Notes: generated by a model not told the origin, from the letters alone. Numbered from the stretch's first letter, positions 40,685 through 51,990 are shown. The stretch is 64,000 nt of DNA from Gammaproteobacteria bacterium (GCA_965247265.1 OZ252002.1:1882964-1946963); one strand, 5' to 3'. Program-made: numbers and translations.

Positions 40685-41167
40685 TTGCTAGTTATGAGAA
40701 ATTTACCAATTTGTTTAAAAAGCATATGCATTGCAATTGGATTTTTATCACTAAATGCTGTTTACAGCGAAAGCGAAACTCAACCTAATGTCCGTAACAC
40801 ACACTGGTACGACACTCTTGAGCAAGTAAAAGAAAATGAAACAGCAGAATTTGTTGAGCATAGTCAAGTGCTTGTTGAGTATGATAGCGGCAAACCAATA
40901 TATTTTGACTCTGAAGAAGATGTGCTTGCGTATAAAGACACTTTCCATACAAAACCTATTATTTTAGCTTATCATTTTGATTCAATATGCAAACAACTAT
41001 ATTTTGTAAAATATATAATCAATGACGTACTTTCTTCAGATGATGCAAATGAAATAGCCAAATATTTAGAAAACAGATTTGCCATAAAATTGCAGCGCGA
41101 ACAGTTAGACGATGAAATGACCCTGGATATTCCTACTATGGGAATGCACTGGAAAGACAAATATTAG
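40685..41167 (+). CDS. hypothetical secreted protein
   Basis: 160 aa with a signal peptide. No recognisable family. Confidence 0.35.
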   Translation: MLVMRNLPICLKSICIAIGFLSLNAVYSESETQPNVRNTHWYDTLEQVKENETAEFVEHSQVLVEYDSGKPIYFDSEEDVLAYKDTFHTKPIILAYHFDSICKQLYFVKYIINDVLSSDDANEIAKYLENRFAIKLQREQLDDEMTLDIPTMGMHWKDKY

Positions 41168-41745
41168 TATTTGGAATGAGCGTGAAGATTTAAAATTCAC
41201 GGAAATATCTTTTTCGTCAATTGACTTTGAATAATCATGTCCTGCAAAAGATGCTTTATATGAAAATAAATCGCATTCAGAAAATTGAATTAGCCAAGGG
41301 TAATGTGTAATTGATACTTAGTAGTTTAATTTGCTTGTGATTGCAGCTTAAATCCGCACACGCCATTAATCAAATTTTCATAACCTCTTAAAGATCATTT
41401 GTGTGTGATACACTCATTAATCAGTAAACTATATACAAACAAATGGTTGGTATTTGTTATGTGGTTTAAACGCAAAAAGCCTAAGTGAATAATCAAAGCT
41501 AAAGTAAATGAAATTGATCGACGCCAATCAGGTGATCGACGTTCGTTTAGTTCGCAGTCTCAATTTCCCTTAAAAGATAGTGACGGCAAATTAATTAATA
41601 AAGACCGGCGCTCAGCGCCAGATCGGCGCATTGCAAATATTCAAGCCCAAGAACATCACGTTCATATAATTAAAAACAAATCTAAGACTAGTTAGCCGAC
41701 AAGCGACAGCTCAATCGCGCGTGTAGATTCAACATTGGCCATTCA

Positions 41746-42183
41746 CTAATTAGTTTTCATCATATTTAAATGACCCAGTTGTTTCATAGATGTGTAATTG
41801 TCCCATTCCATCCATGCTTCAACAATAATGCTATCTTCAATACGATAGATTGCGAGGTATTCAATATCCATGTCTTTACATGTAACTGGATATGACCCCA
41901 TTTTTCCAAGTTGTGTCCCTTTAAAATGATGCCGTGCAGCAACTTTATCCCCTTCTGCCACTAAATCTAATATTTTTTCTTTAAACTTAGGAAAAATGCT
42001 CTCTTGAGTTTGGAAAAATTGGATTAATTCTTCGCGGCTTTTAACGCCAGGATCACCCGCAGCATAACTATGTCGTATAAAGTGCGGTGATATAACAGTG
42101 TCTAACTTAGACCAATTGCGTTCATTGATGGCATGGACAAATGCATATACTAGTGCCTTGTTATTTTCTGCCTTATCAACCAT
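41746..42183 (-). CDS. SnoaL-like / ester cyclase (NTF2-like fold) protein
   Basis: 145 aa. LVYAFVHAINERNWSKLDTVISPHFIRH... is typical of SnoaL-like polyketide-cyclase-family proteins. Confidence 0.6.
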   Translation of the reverse strand: MVDKAENNKALVYAFVHAINERNWSKLDTVISPHFIRHSYAAGDPGVKSREELIQFFQTQESIFPKFKEKILDLVAEGDKVAARHHFKGTQLGKMGSYPVTCKDMDIEYLAIYRIEDSIIVEAWMEWDNYTSMKQLGHLNMMKTN

Positions 42184-42300
42184 ACATCTATCTTAATGCG
42201 ATGTAGCTAATAGTTAAATTTTTCTGAAGGATGCAACTATTTAATTAGCAGACATTCCGTTTACATAGTGCGTATAGAAGGTGACTAGGCACGGGGTCAA

Positions 42301-42337
42301 CTCAGTACCGTATTTCTACCGAGGGATTTCAAGTCCG
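42301..42337. repeat. Direct repeat copy A (about 30 nt, 2 mismatches to copy B)
   Basis: cagtaccGTATTTCTACCGAGGGATTTcAAGTcCGA versus copy B GTATTTCTACCGAGGGATTTtAAGTtCGA. Confidence 0.7.
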
Positions 42338-42493
42338 AATAACTTAATAATATAGTTTAGAGTACTTATTTATCTAGTTGATTAATTAATTGAATATAAG
42401 GAATGATAATAGTGCCATTTTGAATATGCACAGGTAATAGTGCCCCTATTCTACCCCTGACTTACCTACAACTGAGGTTCTATCAATTTGATG

Positions 42494-42715
42494 CTAGGAC
42501 GAATGAATGTCCTGATCTGCATCCCATGCGACGTGCATGAATAAGGGGTTCCTTTTTTCCTTTGTAAATAATTCGTCGCGACTGCGCGTGACGATAGGGC
42601 CACTATCAAGTTGAATGCGAAAGCTCTCTATGATGTTTCCGCGTTTTATCACTTCAATTATTTTGCCATGTGATTTACTAAGAACATCTTTGACTCGAAT
42701 TCCAAGAAAGATCAT
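42494..42715 (-). CDS. hypothetical protein, enclosed by the direct repeats
   Basis: 73-aa ORF. No recognisable domain. Confidence 0.3.
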   Translation of the reverse strand: MIFLGIRVKDVLSKSHGKIIEVIKRGNIIESFRIQLDSGPIVTRSRDELFTKEKRNPLFMHVAWDADQDIHSS

Positions 42716-42867
42716 GATATTTGCCTCTAGTCAAAATATCGTAATAATTAGACAGCGAACCTTACTCTACTAATACAGCAACTATTTTGGCAATTTCAAA
42801 GATAAATAGGCTATTTTTTACGATAGCCTATTAAACAAGCCTAAATATATGTTTTATTAAGTGGTGC

Positions 42868-42925
42868 CGGTGACGGAATCGAACCGGCACAGTATTTCTA
42901 CCGAGGGATTTTAAGTTCGATTCCC
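42868..42925. repeat. Direct repeat copy B, preceded by a perfect 8-bp hairpin (gtgccggt-gacggaatcga-accggcac)
   Basis: Copy B lies at 42890-42919. Immediately 5' is a hairpin whose minus-strand reading, ...gtgccggTTCGATTccgtcaccggcACCA, resembles a tRNA acceptor/T-arm minihelix ending in ACCA. Confidence 0.6.
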
Positions 42926-43532
42926 TACCCTTTGTAATCAACAACTTATAAAGCATTAACAGATGCTTATGGTTTGCAGTTCGTCGCTAACTTTAATGAA
43001 TTGTTGTGCTTATTTGCAGTCATTTACGCCAAAATTACGCCACAAATGTGGGTCGTTATCGATTATTTAAGGTCGCCGCATCATTTGATCTATTGCACCT
43101 GAAACATAATCATCAAGATAGCCGTCCGCCATAACTAGGCGTCAAATACCCCATCTTTTTCAAATAGCGAATATCAATACGTCGGCATTTCTCAACAGTC
43201 GTTTTTCGACTCAAACGAAACCTACGACCTGAATTAACACCGCCCACAACTGTTGTATAACAAAGAAATTATTGATTTATATATAATTAATTTGTTTTGT
43301 TTTCACTAACTCCTATTTGTTATCTGTTGTAATTTTTGTGACTATTTGCTAGTTAGTGCACAAAAATTGCACCTAATTAAACGAAATGTCTGCTTTCGGC
43401 AATATGCGGACATAACGCCATGCATCATCGGCAGAAAAAAGCAGAGCGGCGATTTTTGCAGTCCAAGTACATGTGATTGTTAGGCTTTTTGTATTATCCA
43501 GCGTAACCACATGATTATGGATATAAGTGTTT

Positions 43533-44321
43533 TTACAATTTATTACAAAACGTAAACAGCACATTTTCATCCAACCATTTAACCTTATCTGGATCAGAAA
43601 AGATTTTTTGTATATTCTCTTCAAATTCTAGTAATGCGGCACGAAACTCATCACCTGAATAAAGAGAAAATGTTGAATAATGCTTGCCTTCAGCTTGGCT
43701 TATGAGTTGTTTTAAGGATGAATTACGCTTGAACTGAAAAAAACGTATACTTTCCAATCTTGCGGAAACAATTTGATCATTCAAGTTATCCACCTGTGCG
43801 ATTTCCAAAAGCCTGTTTTCCTTTTCCGTAAATTTCGGAAAATATTTTCCCCAGACACTTTGTCTGTTTTGATTTTGTAAACGGGTGTAGATAAAAATAC
43901 GCCCGTTGTTATTAAGAACTTTGCTTGCATTTTCAACAAATGTAGGCAGTGAAAAATGGTGTATTGCATTAAAGCTGCTGACAAAATCAAGTGAACCAGG
44001 GGAAATATCCATTTTCTCCGCATCCATTACTTTTGTGGTAAAACTGCTTTGTCCATGGATTCTAAGATATTTTTCTGTCTCATCCACCATTGCCTTGTTG
44101 AGGTCCGTGCAAGTAAGATGAAGGTCAGGTATTTTTTGCAACATCAGCAAGTCGTATCGCCCACTACCGCAACCAATATCAACCCCTCTAATGGTTTCTT
44201 TACCGCTTAACTGCTCTTTTATGTAGTCAATTAGCTCTGGATCAGTTGTGCGCAACTCATTGTACGAAGCAGAGATTTCGTTAAAATGTTGAGTCATGTC
44301 TCGCATTATCAGTCTCCACAA
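43533..44321 (-). CDS. Class I SAM-dependent methyltransferase
   Basis: 262 aa. Motif I VDIGCGSGRYDLLMLQK and a post-I acidic residue. Confidence 0.8.
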   Translation of the reverse strand: MWRLIMRDMTQHFNEISASYNELRTTDPELIDYIKEQLSGKETIRGVDIGCGSGRYDLLMLQKIPDLHLTCTDLNKAMVDETEKYLRIHGQSSFTTKVMDAEKMDISPGSLDFVSSFNAIHHFSLPTFVENASKVLNNNGRIFIYTRLQNQNRQSVWGKYFPKFTEKENRLLEIAQVDNLNDQIVSARLESIRFFQFKRNSSLKQLISQAEGKHYSTFSLYSGDEFRAALLEFEENIQKIFSDPDKVKWLDENVLFTFCNKL

Positions 44322-44763
44322 TTGATGAATTCTTCTGTTAAACGATGAAGAATCATTCAGCTATCTTGAGTATAAAACTGGATGTTTCCGTTGGTAGCCT
44401 AATATTTTAATACAGAGCACTTTTGCTTAGTTATCACACTATGCGTGTAGAATCTGCGATATTCCTCATTAACGTGCACTAATATTAATTAAATAGTGAT
44501 ATCTGAGTATTTCTGCATGAATATCCCATATATTTGGTTAATATTGCTAAGTCCGCTTTGGGTCATTAGCAGTCATTAAACATTAAGTAGCAATTTATTT
44601 GGATATGCAATCAACCTTGGCGGATGATAACCACACCACAACGTCGGCACTTTGCTTTCTCGATATTGCCTACGGCGCCAAACCCGAAGGGTTGTATCGA
44701 TAACGACATAAAATTCCTCCCCCCGCCCCACGGCCTCCAGGACAGTGCGGATAACACGTTCAA

Positions 44764-45978
44764 TCAGGGGGATCCCGAGGATGGGGATGAGAGGCTTGCT
44801 GTCACCCCTTTGCTTGCAGCAGGCTGCCTTTGCCCGCTGCGATGATCAGGCACTTCATGCACTCTCCCCAGTTTATTATTGATAAAGGCTTCTGTCATAC
44901 GATGGGCTTCATCATCAGTGAACTGCCGTGACGGATGTTTGCAGAAATAGGCCGATGGTGCTTCCAGTACGCCACTCTGGCCCCGGTCCAATGCCAGCTT
45001 GGCACAACGAATCATATCGATGGCCACGCCCGCCGAGTTGGGCGAATCCTCCACCGACAGACGCATCTCGAGATTCATTGGTATGTCGCCAAACAGTTTG
45101 CCTTCCATGCGCACGAAGGCGATCTTGTTGTCATTCTGCCAGGGTACATAGTCACTGGGACCGACATGGATATTGTCGTCGTCTAAACGGCGGTCGGTCA
45201 CGGCCTGCACCGCCTCGGTCTTGGATTCCTTTTTGGAAGCCAGACGGTGGCGGTTCAGCATGTTTAGAAAGTCGGTATTGCCGCCAGTATTAAGTTGATA
45301 GGTGCGTTCCAGCTTAACCCCTCGTTTGGCAAATAGGTCAGTCAGTACGCGGTGGGTAATGGTTGCCCCCAACTGGGATTTAATATCATCGCCGATAAGG
45401 GGCAGTCCGGCCTCTTTAAAATGATCTGCCCACGCTCCTTCAGGATCGCTGGCGATGAAGACCGGGATATTGTTGACAAAGGCCAAACCGGCCTTCAATG
45501 CGCAGCCGGCATAAAACCGGGTCGCCTCCTCAGAGCCGACAGGCAAATAGTTCACCAGGACTTCCGCACCGGATTCCTTGAGCGCTTTGATAATTTCTTC
45601 TTCCGCAGGCTCTGGTTCATCGGCCAGAATAAAAGTACGTTTTTCGTCGTAATTTTTCATGTGGTCCGAAAACCCGTCGAGGATTCTGCCCATCCGTACA
45701 GTGACACCGGATTCAGGGAGTTCAGAACAGAAAACCGTCGTGCAGTTGGGTGGGGAATAAATGGCCTCGTGCACATCGACGCCGACTTTTCGCTGGTCGG
45801 TATCGAAGGCCGCGACGACCTCTATGTCGCCGGGTTTGTATCCGCCAATCTCCCAATGCATCAGACCGATGGCCTCCAGCGGCGTCTTTTCCCGATAGTA
45901 GTGGAGGCCCTGTATTAAAGAGCTCGCACAGTTTCCAATCCCGATGATTGCAATCTTAATCTTATTCAAATTCATCAC
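44764..45978 (-). CDS. myo-Inositol-1-phosphate synthase (bacterial/archaeal type) with a read-through C-terminal extension
   Basis: 404 aa. N-terminal Rossmann IKIAIIGIGNCASSLIQG plus the central and C-terminal MIPS regions. The last ~30 aa (LGRVHEVPDHRSGQRQPAAS...) look like read-through into GC-rich non-homologous DNA. The locus is strongly GC-richer than its surroundings. Confidence 0.75.
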   Translation of the reverse strand: MMNLNKIKIAIIGIGNCASSLIQGLHYYREKTPLEAIGLMHWEIGGYKPGDIEVVAAFDTDQRKVGVDVHEAIYSPPNCTTVFCSELPESGVTVRMGRILDGFSDHMKNYDEKRTFILADEPEPAEEEIIKALKESGAEVLVNYLPVGSEEATRFYAGCALKAGLAFVNNIPVFIASDPEGAWADHFKEAGLPLIGDDIKSQLGATITHRVLTDLFAKRGVKLERTYQLNTGGNTDFLNMLNRHRLASKKESKTEAVQAVTDRRLDDDNIHVGPSDYVPWQNDNKIAFVRMEGKLFGDIPMNLEMRLSVEDSPNSAGVAIDMIRCAKLALDRGQSGVLEAPSAYFCKHPSRQFTDDEAHRMTEAFINNKLGRVHEVPDHRSGQRQPAASKGVTASLSSPSSGSP

Positions 45979-46451
45979 TTGCCTCTCATTATTGTTGTGT
46001 TTAGCTAACTGCTATCTTGTCGAAGATAGCATACTCGCGATCACTACCCCGTATGCCGGCAAAAATGGCGCCAACTTTTTTTGCTGCTGGCACCCCAGCC
46101 CAGATCTGCGCCGCGAAAGGTGGTCAGAGTTGGTCCTTTCATCTCAAGGAGTTGTTCTTGATCAATAACCACAGTTTAAATGTGGATTAAAACGCTTAAA
46201 TTATTTTAATAAATTAATTTAGATATAGATTTTATCTAATTGTTTTTGAATGGAGCCGGGGCCGGAGCCATAAAGAATGGATAAGCTTTTGTTTTTAAGA
46301 ATGATGCACGGATGTGCATACTAGCTATACCCCCAAACATACCCCCAATATAGAAAAATCATTGGCTCATGAAAATGAATGTCTGACAACGTTTCATAAT
46401 AATCTAAGGGATAGCTTTTTGAACAAATAGTGACTGGGGAGACAATAATCT

Positions 46452-47237
46452 ATGGCAAATTCTTGGGAAACTGATAACTGTGCTTCTATGCAGGCACACT
46501 ATGCGGTTTATTTAATTCCGCAAGCAGCAGCTCTTTGGTGTGGCATACCTGAAGATCAAGTTCCAACAATCCTCAAGGAAGCTAAGCAACTTACGCCAAC
46601 AGGACTAGGTAGAAGCATCTGGACACACCGAAATGTCCCGTGCATTGAGCCCCGAAGTCGGGCTATAGCAGAAACCATTGAACATAATTTACTACCGCAT
46701 GGTAGAGAGGATGCTCAGACTGTTAGTAGTGGTGAACATGTAGCCTATGAACGCAGGCATTTTTTTGGACGCGATCTTAGAGAGTGGATGGAAAAAGCTT
46801 TCCCAAATGAAAAACCTGCTTTCCTTTTTGATGACATTGAACGAAATACTCATTCTGCTATCAGTGCAGATGCTTACAGGGCATTGAAAGCCGAACGGGA
46901 CGCGCTACAAAAACGTATTGAAAATGCAACTGAATCCTATAAAAAGCTCAGACAGGAGAAGGAATCCATTGAAACGGAGCGTGATTCGCTAAAGACAAAG
47001 GTAGAAAACTTGGGTGTTCCTGGGGAACGAGCCGAGTCTACCTACCAGAACATTATTGCCGCACTTTTGGATTGTATTGCGGGCAGTCTTCCTAACATTG
47101 AAAAACACCCTTCATTTGAAAGTGAAGCAAAATTGATTGATGCAATAGAAGCTCACTACCGTGGCTATGGTGGCTTATCAAAAAGCAACCTATCTCGCAA
47201 ATTTCCCGAGGCCAAGAAAGCCCTTCAGTCCAAGTAG
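46452..47237 (+). CDS. hypothetical protein with a coiled-coil segment
   Basis: 261 aa. No recognisable domain. Sits at the edge of an integrase/AlpA module. Confidence 0.4.
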   Translation: MANSWETDNCASMQAHYAVYLIPQAAALWCGIPEDQVPTILKEAKQLTPTGLGRSIWTHRNVPCIEPRSRAIAETIEHNLLPHGREDAQTVSSGEHVAYERRHFFGRDLREWMEKAFPNEKPAFLFDDIERNTHSAISADAYRALKAERDALQKRIENATESYKKLRQEKESIETERDSLKTKVENLGVPGERAESTYQNIIAALLDCIAGSLPNIEKHPSFESEAKLIDAIEAHYRGYGGLSKSNLSRKFPEAKKALQSK

Positions 47238-47339
47238 TTCAGCAACTGCGTCCCTGACCCGCTGCAATTGCGGTGTTGCACGAGAGTCATTCCATAACAA
47301 TCTGTAACCATGTTCAACAACGCGCCAGGAGGTGCATAC

Positions 47340-47537
47340 ATGGCTACAAAAATTCTACGACTTCCATCTGTAAAACAACAAACAGGATTATCACGCTCTA
47401 CTATCTATCTTCGTGTTAAAGAAGAGAAATTCCCAACTCCAGTGTCCTTGGGTGGTAGGGCTGTAGGTTGGGTAGAAACTGAAATACAAGAATGGCCTGA
47501 AGAACAGATTAGTGCAAGCCGCAATGATTCTGAATAA
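47340..47537 (+). CDS. AlpA-family phage-type transcriptional regulator/excisionase-like protein
   Basis: MATKILRLPSVKQQTGLSRSTIYLRVKEEKFPTPVSLGGRAVGWVETEIQEW is the canonical AlpA HTH pattern. Confidence 0.7.
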   Translation: MATKILRLPSVKQQTGLSRSTIYLRVKEEKFPTPVSLGGRAVGWVETEIQEWPEEQISASRNDSE

Positions 47538-47554
47538 TTTCTGAATCGCAATTC

Positions 47555-47998
47555 ATGAAGAAACGCAGGCCAAATCCACGGTTGGTAAAAATTCATCGTA
47601 ATTACACAGTGGAGGAAATATCAAACCTATATGGTATTCACAAAAACACAGTTAGGCAGTGGATAAAACGAGGGTTACCCATCTGTGATGATAAACGACC
47701 AATGCTAATTCTGGGCAAGGATTTGTACAGTTACCTTTTGAAGCAACGAAACAAAAATAAGCAGCCATGTGGACCGGGCGAAATTTATTGTGTGCGATGT
47801 CGTACAACAAAATCTCCAGCTGGTGATATGGCTGATTATCAGGAGCTTACACCAACACAAGGTAATTTAATCGGCATCTGCCCTACTTGTGACGCAATGA
47901 TTTATAGACGAGTCAGTTTGAGAAAAATGGAAGCCGTAAAAGGTTTATTGGAAATTAATTTACCGCAAGCATCTCAACACATAAGTGAGAGCAGTTAG
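47555..47998 (+). CDS. HTH plus zinc-ribbon protein of an integrative element
   Basis: 147 aa. EEISNLYGIHKNTVRQWIKRG HTH and paired Cys pairs (CGPGEIYCVRC...CPTC). Confidence 0.45.
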   Translation: MKKRRPNPRLVKIHRNYTVEEISNLYGIHKNTVRQWIKRGLPICDDKRPMLILGKDLYSYLLKQRNKNKQPCGPGEIYCVRCRTTKSPAGDMADYQELTPTQGNLIGICPTCDAMIYRRVSLRKMEAVKGLLEINLPQASQHISESS

Positions 47999-48011
47999 TC
48001 CTCCGTAAACA

Positions 48012-49139
48012 GTGACTTTAACTAATGTGGTGAATACTATGAAAAATTACAACCCAAATAATGAACGTATTAAACGTAAATATTTTATATTTACTAAAGA
48101 AGCAAAGCGTCAAAATGAAGCTACAATTGACGCAATAGCAAAAGCTATGAATAGATTTGAAGTGTACACAAAGTTTCGTGACTTTAAGGCATTTCACTAC
48201 GAACAGGCCATTGCCTTCAAGAAACATTTATCTGAACAGAAAAATCAACAAACAGGTAAGAATTTAAGCAAGGCCACGCTAAGTACGACACTTGGACATA
48301 TAAAGCGTTTTTTTCAATGGCTCTCAGAGCAGCCTGGCTATAAATCCCGTATATCCTATTCAGAGGCCGAGTATTTCAATTTATCTGAAAAAGACGCACG
48401 TATTGCCACAGCTCATAGGACCAAGCCAGTACCCACACTTGATCAAATCAAACATGTCATCGATTCAATGTCAGGAGATTCTGACATAACACAAAGAAAT
48501 CGCGCGATAATTGCTTTTACGATCCTGACTGGAGCAAGAGACAGTGCTATTGCTTCATTGAAATTAAAACACATAGATTTTACATCTGGATACGTATTTC
48601 AGGACGCTAGAGAAGTACGTACAAAATTTAGCAAAACGTTTAATACGTATTTTTTCCCGGTCGGCGATGAAATTCGTCAAATTGTAGAAGTCTGGGTAAC
48701 ACACTTAATTGAGGATTTACTATTTAGTCATGACGATCCTATGTTTCCTTCAACACAAGTATCTGTCGGCGAAAACCAGTTATTTGAAGCAGTTGGGATT
48801 ACGCGAGAACATTGGAGTAATTCGTCGCCTATACGCAAAATATTTAAAGATGCTTTTACAAATGCTGGTCTGCCCTATTTCAACCCACACAGTTTTAGGA
48901 ATACCCTTTCTATGTTCGGTCAATCTGTCTGCAAAACACCAGAGGACTTTAAAGCATGGAGTCAAAATCTTGGACATGATGATGTTATGACTACATTTAT
49001 TAGCTACGGTGAAGTTCCAAATCAGCGTCAGGCTGAGATTATTCATGGCATGGGGTCAATACCTACTCAAACTAACCATCCTGATATTGAACTACTTGCG
49101 AATGCTATAGCTAGAGAATTGCGTAATTCATCATGCTAG
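48012..49139 (+). CDS. Tyrosine site-specific recombinase (phage integrase family)
   Basis: 375 aa. Catalytic-domain residues in the ...HSFRNTLSMFG... and ...GHDDVMTTFISYG... context are consistent with the R..HxxR..Y arrangement. Confidence 0.8.
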   Translation: MTLTNVVNTMKNYNPNNERIKRKYFIFTKEAKRQNEATIDAIAKAMNRFEVYTKFRDFKAFHYEQAIAFKKHLSEQKNQQTGKNLSKATLSTTLGHIKRFFQWLSEQPGYKSRISYSEAEYFNLSEKDARIATAHRTKPVPTLDQIKHVIDSMSGDSDITQRNRAIIAFTILTGARDSAIASLKLKHIDFTSGYVFQDAREVRTKFSKTFNTYFFPVGDEIRQIVEVWVTHLIEDLLFSHDDPMFPSTQVSVGENQLFEAVGITREHWSNSSPIRKIFKDAFTNAGLPYFNPHSFRNTLSMFGQSVCKTPEDFKAWSQNLGHDDVMTTFISYGEVPNQRQAEIIHGMGSIPTQTNHPDIELLANAIARELRNSSC

Positions 49140-49283
49140 AAGGGGCAACTTTTGGGGCTACTCGCAAATTGAAAACTACACATTTCATTGAATATCAAAT
49201 ATTTATATAACTAACTCGATTGATGCTAGATCAACAACATATACCACATAAGTTCGAATTAAGAGACTAAAGGAGCAACTAAA

Positions 49284-49605
49284 ATGACTGAAAAACTCGA
49301 ACTCTCAAGAGGCAGCGGCAATGTATTCCGTGATTTTGGTTATGCAAATGCAGATGTTGAACAACTTAAATCACAACTGGCCGCAGAAATTATCCGTGAG
49401 CTTGATAAAAAAAGCTTTGTCTGTACGAAAAGCTGGCACTTTAACCGGCTTTGCAGCTGCTGATATCTCACGAATTCGCAAAGCCGACCTTGGCCGTTTT
49501 ACCATCGATAGACTGGTAAAACTTTTAGGCCGGTTAAATCGCAAAGTTGAAATTAAAGTTTCCCATATGCTTACGGCTGAAGCTGACGCACATGCGAGCG
49601 CTTAA
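49284..49605 (+). pseudogene. HigA-like XRE-family antitoxin/regulator, frame broken at an A7 run. No toxin partner present
   Basis: MTEKLELSRGSGNVFRDFGYANADVEQLKSQLAAEIIRELDKK in frame 1, continuing ...SVRKAGTLTGFAAADISRIRKADLGRFTIDRLVKLLGRLNRKVEIKV in frame 2 after gataaaaaaagc (49407-49413). Confidence 0.55.
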
Positions 49606-49701
49606 TAAAATTCAATACTAACTGCCACCAGAAAAACGTGTTATTTTCCGTAAAAAACATTATCCGACAATATTAAACAGAAGTATTTATTTTGTAACTA
49701 A

Positions 49702-51980
49702 TTAACAATGACCAGCAATCTTTAATGATTTTTCAACGTAATCTTGTAGTTCACCACTATCAATTAATACGCCATCTCTTGGTTGTCCATCGTCGTGATG
49801 ATATCGTCTACAATACTCATTTATTTCCTCTAGCTCTTCATGCAATTCCCAGAGTATGTGACCGCCACCAATCTCTTTAATTTTTTCTACTATGCTACCA
49901 AGTGCATCATTGTTACCAAAATGCCTTGGGTAAGCCAATTTGCAATACCCTTCTAAAACTATTCTCAATTTTTTAATAATCTCACCTTCATCGCCTGATC
50001 CATCTGATAAATATTCCAGTAACGCATCGATATCTTTGTGATATGTCCATTTAAGCGCCTCTTCAATGTCCCATTCCGTGATCATTGTATTTTTTTCTTG
50101 CACGCGTGTTAATTGAAGTGTTTTTTGTTGTCCTGGACTTAAACGTTCCCAAAGCAACCCCAAAAAGTTGGGATCATGAGATAAGACGATAACTTGTTTA
50201 CATCGTTCACCACATTTTTTTATTTGATATACAGTTTGAGACTGTCTAAAACGGTCTAAACTCGTAAAAGGATCATCAAAAATTATAATTTTATTAGATT
50301 TCTCGTCATCTTGTTCAATCTGAGCCAAAAAAAATGCCAAAGCAAGAGTGCTTCTATCACCAGAACTCAAAGTATTTTTAAAACTGGGTTCACTTAATGG
50401 AGTTCTTTCGTCCCCTAGTTTTATAGGCCGATCGTTAATAATAATGTGATAGCTAGAGCTGGCTACACCGCCTGCAAAAGTATGTGATGTTTTGCCAATT
50501 CTGAAACCTGCGTTTATTTTCCTTAGATATTCATTAATAATGTTTTCGTAATCCCTTACTACGTTATTGCTATGATTTTTTAAGGCAGTTTTCTTCTCTT
50601 CTTTTTCATGATCTAAAATATTTTTTTCTGTAATAAGATCACTATATTCTGAACATGCTTCTACTACCTCTTTTTCATGGCGCTTTTTTGTTGCTATTAG
50701 TAATATAAATTCGTTTTCAACGGTTTCTAAAAGTGCACCCTCTACTTCTTCTTTCTTTAAACTGATGTTTTTGTTAGAAGCAATAATACTTGCATTATAG
50801 GCATCTATTATTGTCCCTAACTCTAATAGATTAGATAATGCGTCTGAATACGTATTGTCTGTTTTAATCTCTTCAAGAGGCGATTGAACTTTTTTCTTTA
50901 GCAAATTTAATGTTATTTCTCTATATGCTTGGAGAACTTTTTCAATATCTAATTTTTCATTTATTTTGGGTAATTCAATTTCGCAATATTCCTGCCAAAA
51001 TTCACATTTACTTACATTTTTTTCTATTTCCGCTGTAATCTCAGATATTACTCTGTCGCTAAACCCTATTTGTATTTTGCTACTTTTCCCATTTATCGAT
51101 GCCTTTAATTCATTATACGCATCGCTAAAATGTGTTTTATAAGCATCTATAAGTGCTATCCCCTCTGTACTCTGTCCACAGAAGCTACATGCATCATCTT
51201 TTAAATATTTTAAGCCGTCTGATAACCATGTTTCACCTGATTCATCCATGTTATGTTTAGCTAAATGTGCACTAAGCATGATTTCTGCGTCACTACTAAC
51301 CCCCTCAATACCTTTTGATAGAATATCTGTAAAATCGTTATCTATCTTAGGTAATTCTATTGTTTTTAATAATTGCTTCTTTTGTATAACATCAGATATT
51401 TTTAAAGATGCTAGTTCTTTTTCTATTTTTTAATTTTCTGTTCTATATTTTCATCTGCTTCAAGTTTCAAAAAATCATTCAGGTTAATACGTTCTTGAAA
51501 AAAGGCGGAAACTGCAGTTCTAGCCTCAGCAATTTCCCTATTTTTCTCTCTAACTTCGCCATCAATTTCATTAATACGTCGCGCTATAGAGACACCTTCT
51601 TTTCCAACAATAACCTCAGCAAGATTTTTTCGTTGTTCTGTACCAATAATTTCACCAGAAAAAACATTGTCTGAAATAAATGTATTATCAAAAATTTCTA
51701 TTTCATTGATGTTATCTGTCCAAATACCGTTTTCAAATCTTATATTGCCAGTGTCAAATAAAATATTTACTTCTGGTTGATCTTGTATCCCTAACGTTTT
51801 GCGACCAAATATATGATTACAATCATTAGTTTTAAGTGATCTTAAGATTGCACATAAGGTTGTTTTCCCGCGTCCATTTTCAGCAAATATAAGATTGTAA
51901 TCTCTAAGTGTTACATCGCCAGCCGAATTAGAATTCAAAAAACGACCAATATTTTTTATGCTTACAAATTTAGATAACAT
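49702..51980 (-). pseudogene. Large P-loop ATPase of the ABC/SMC-like AAA_13 type, frameshifted
   Basis: ORF 51423-51980 has N-terminal Walker A ENGRGKTTL. ORF 49702-51279 contains long coiled-coil stretches and the C-terminal D-loop/Walker B IIIFDDPFTSLD. The roughly 140-nt junction is out of frame. Confidence 0.55.
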
Positions 51981-51990
51981 TTAAAATCTC

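Noticed and set aside
42862-42945. Possible complete tRNA or tmRNA gene at the repeat B hairpin
   Set aside because: The T-arm-like hairpin has an 8-bp stem. No cloverleaf with a matching 5' acceptor strand, D-arm or anticodon arm could be built on either strand. It is kept only as a tRNA-like fragment or att candidate.
43373-43624. 83-aa ORF overlapping the 3' end of the methyltransferase gene by about 90 nt
   Set aside because: The overlap with a confidently identified gene on the same strand in another frame suggests a spurious call, and it has no features.
44928-45947. Plus-strand ORFs (121, 83, 188 and 65 aa) inside the MIPS locus
   Set aside because: They are antisense to a clear MIPS gene in GC-rich DNA. 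They are Arg/Pro-rich, which is typical of spurious frames.
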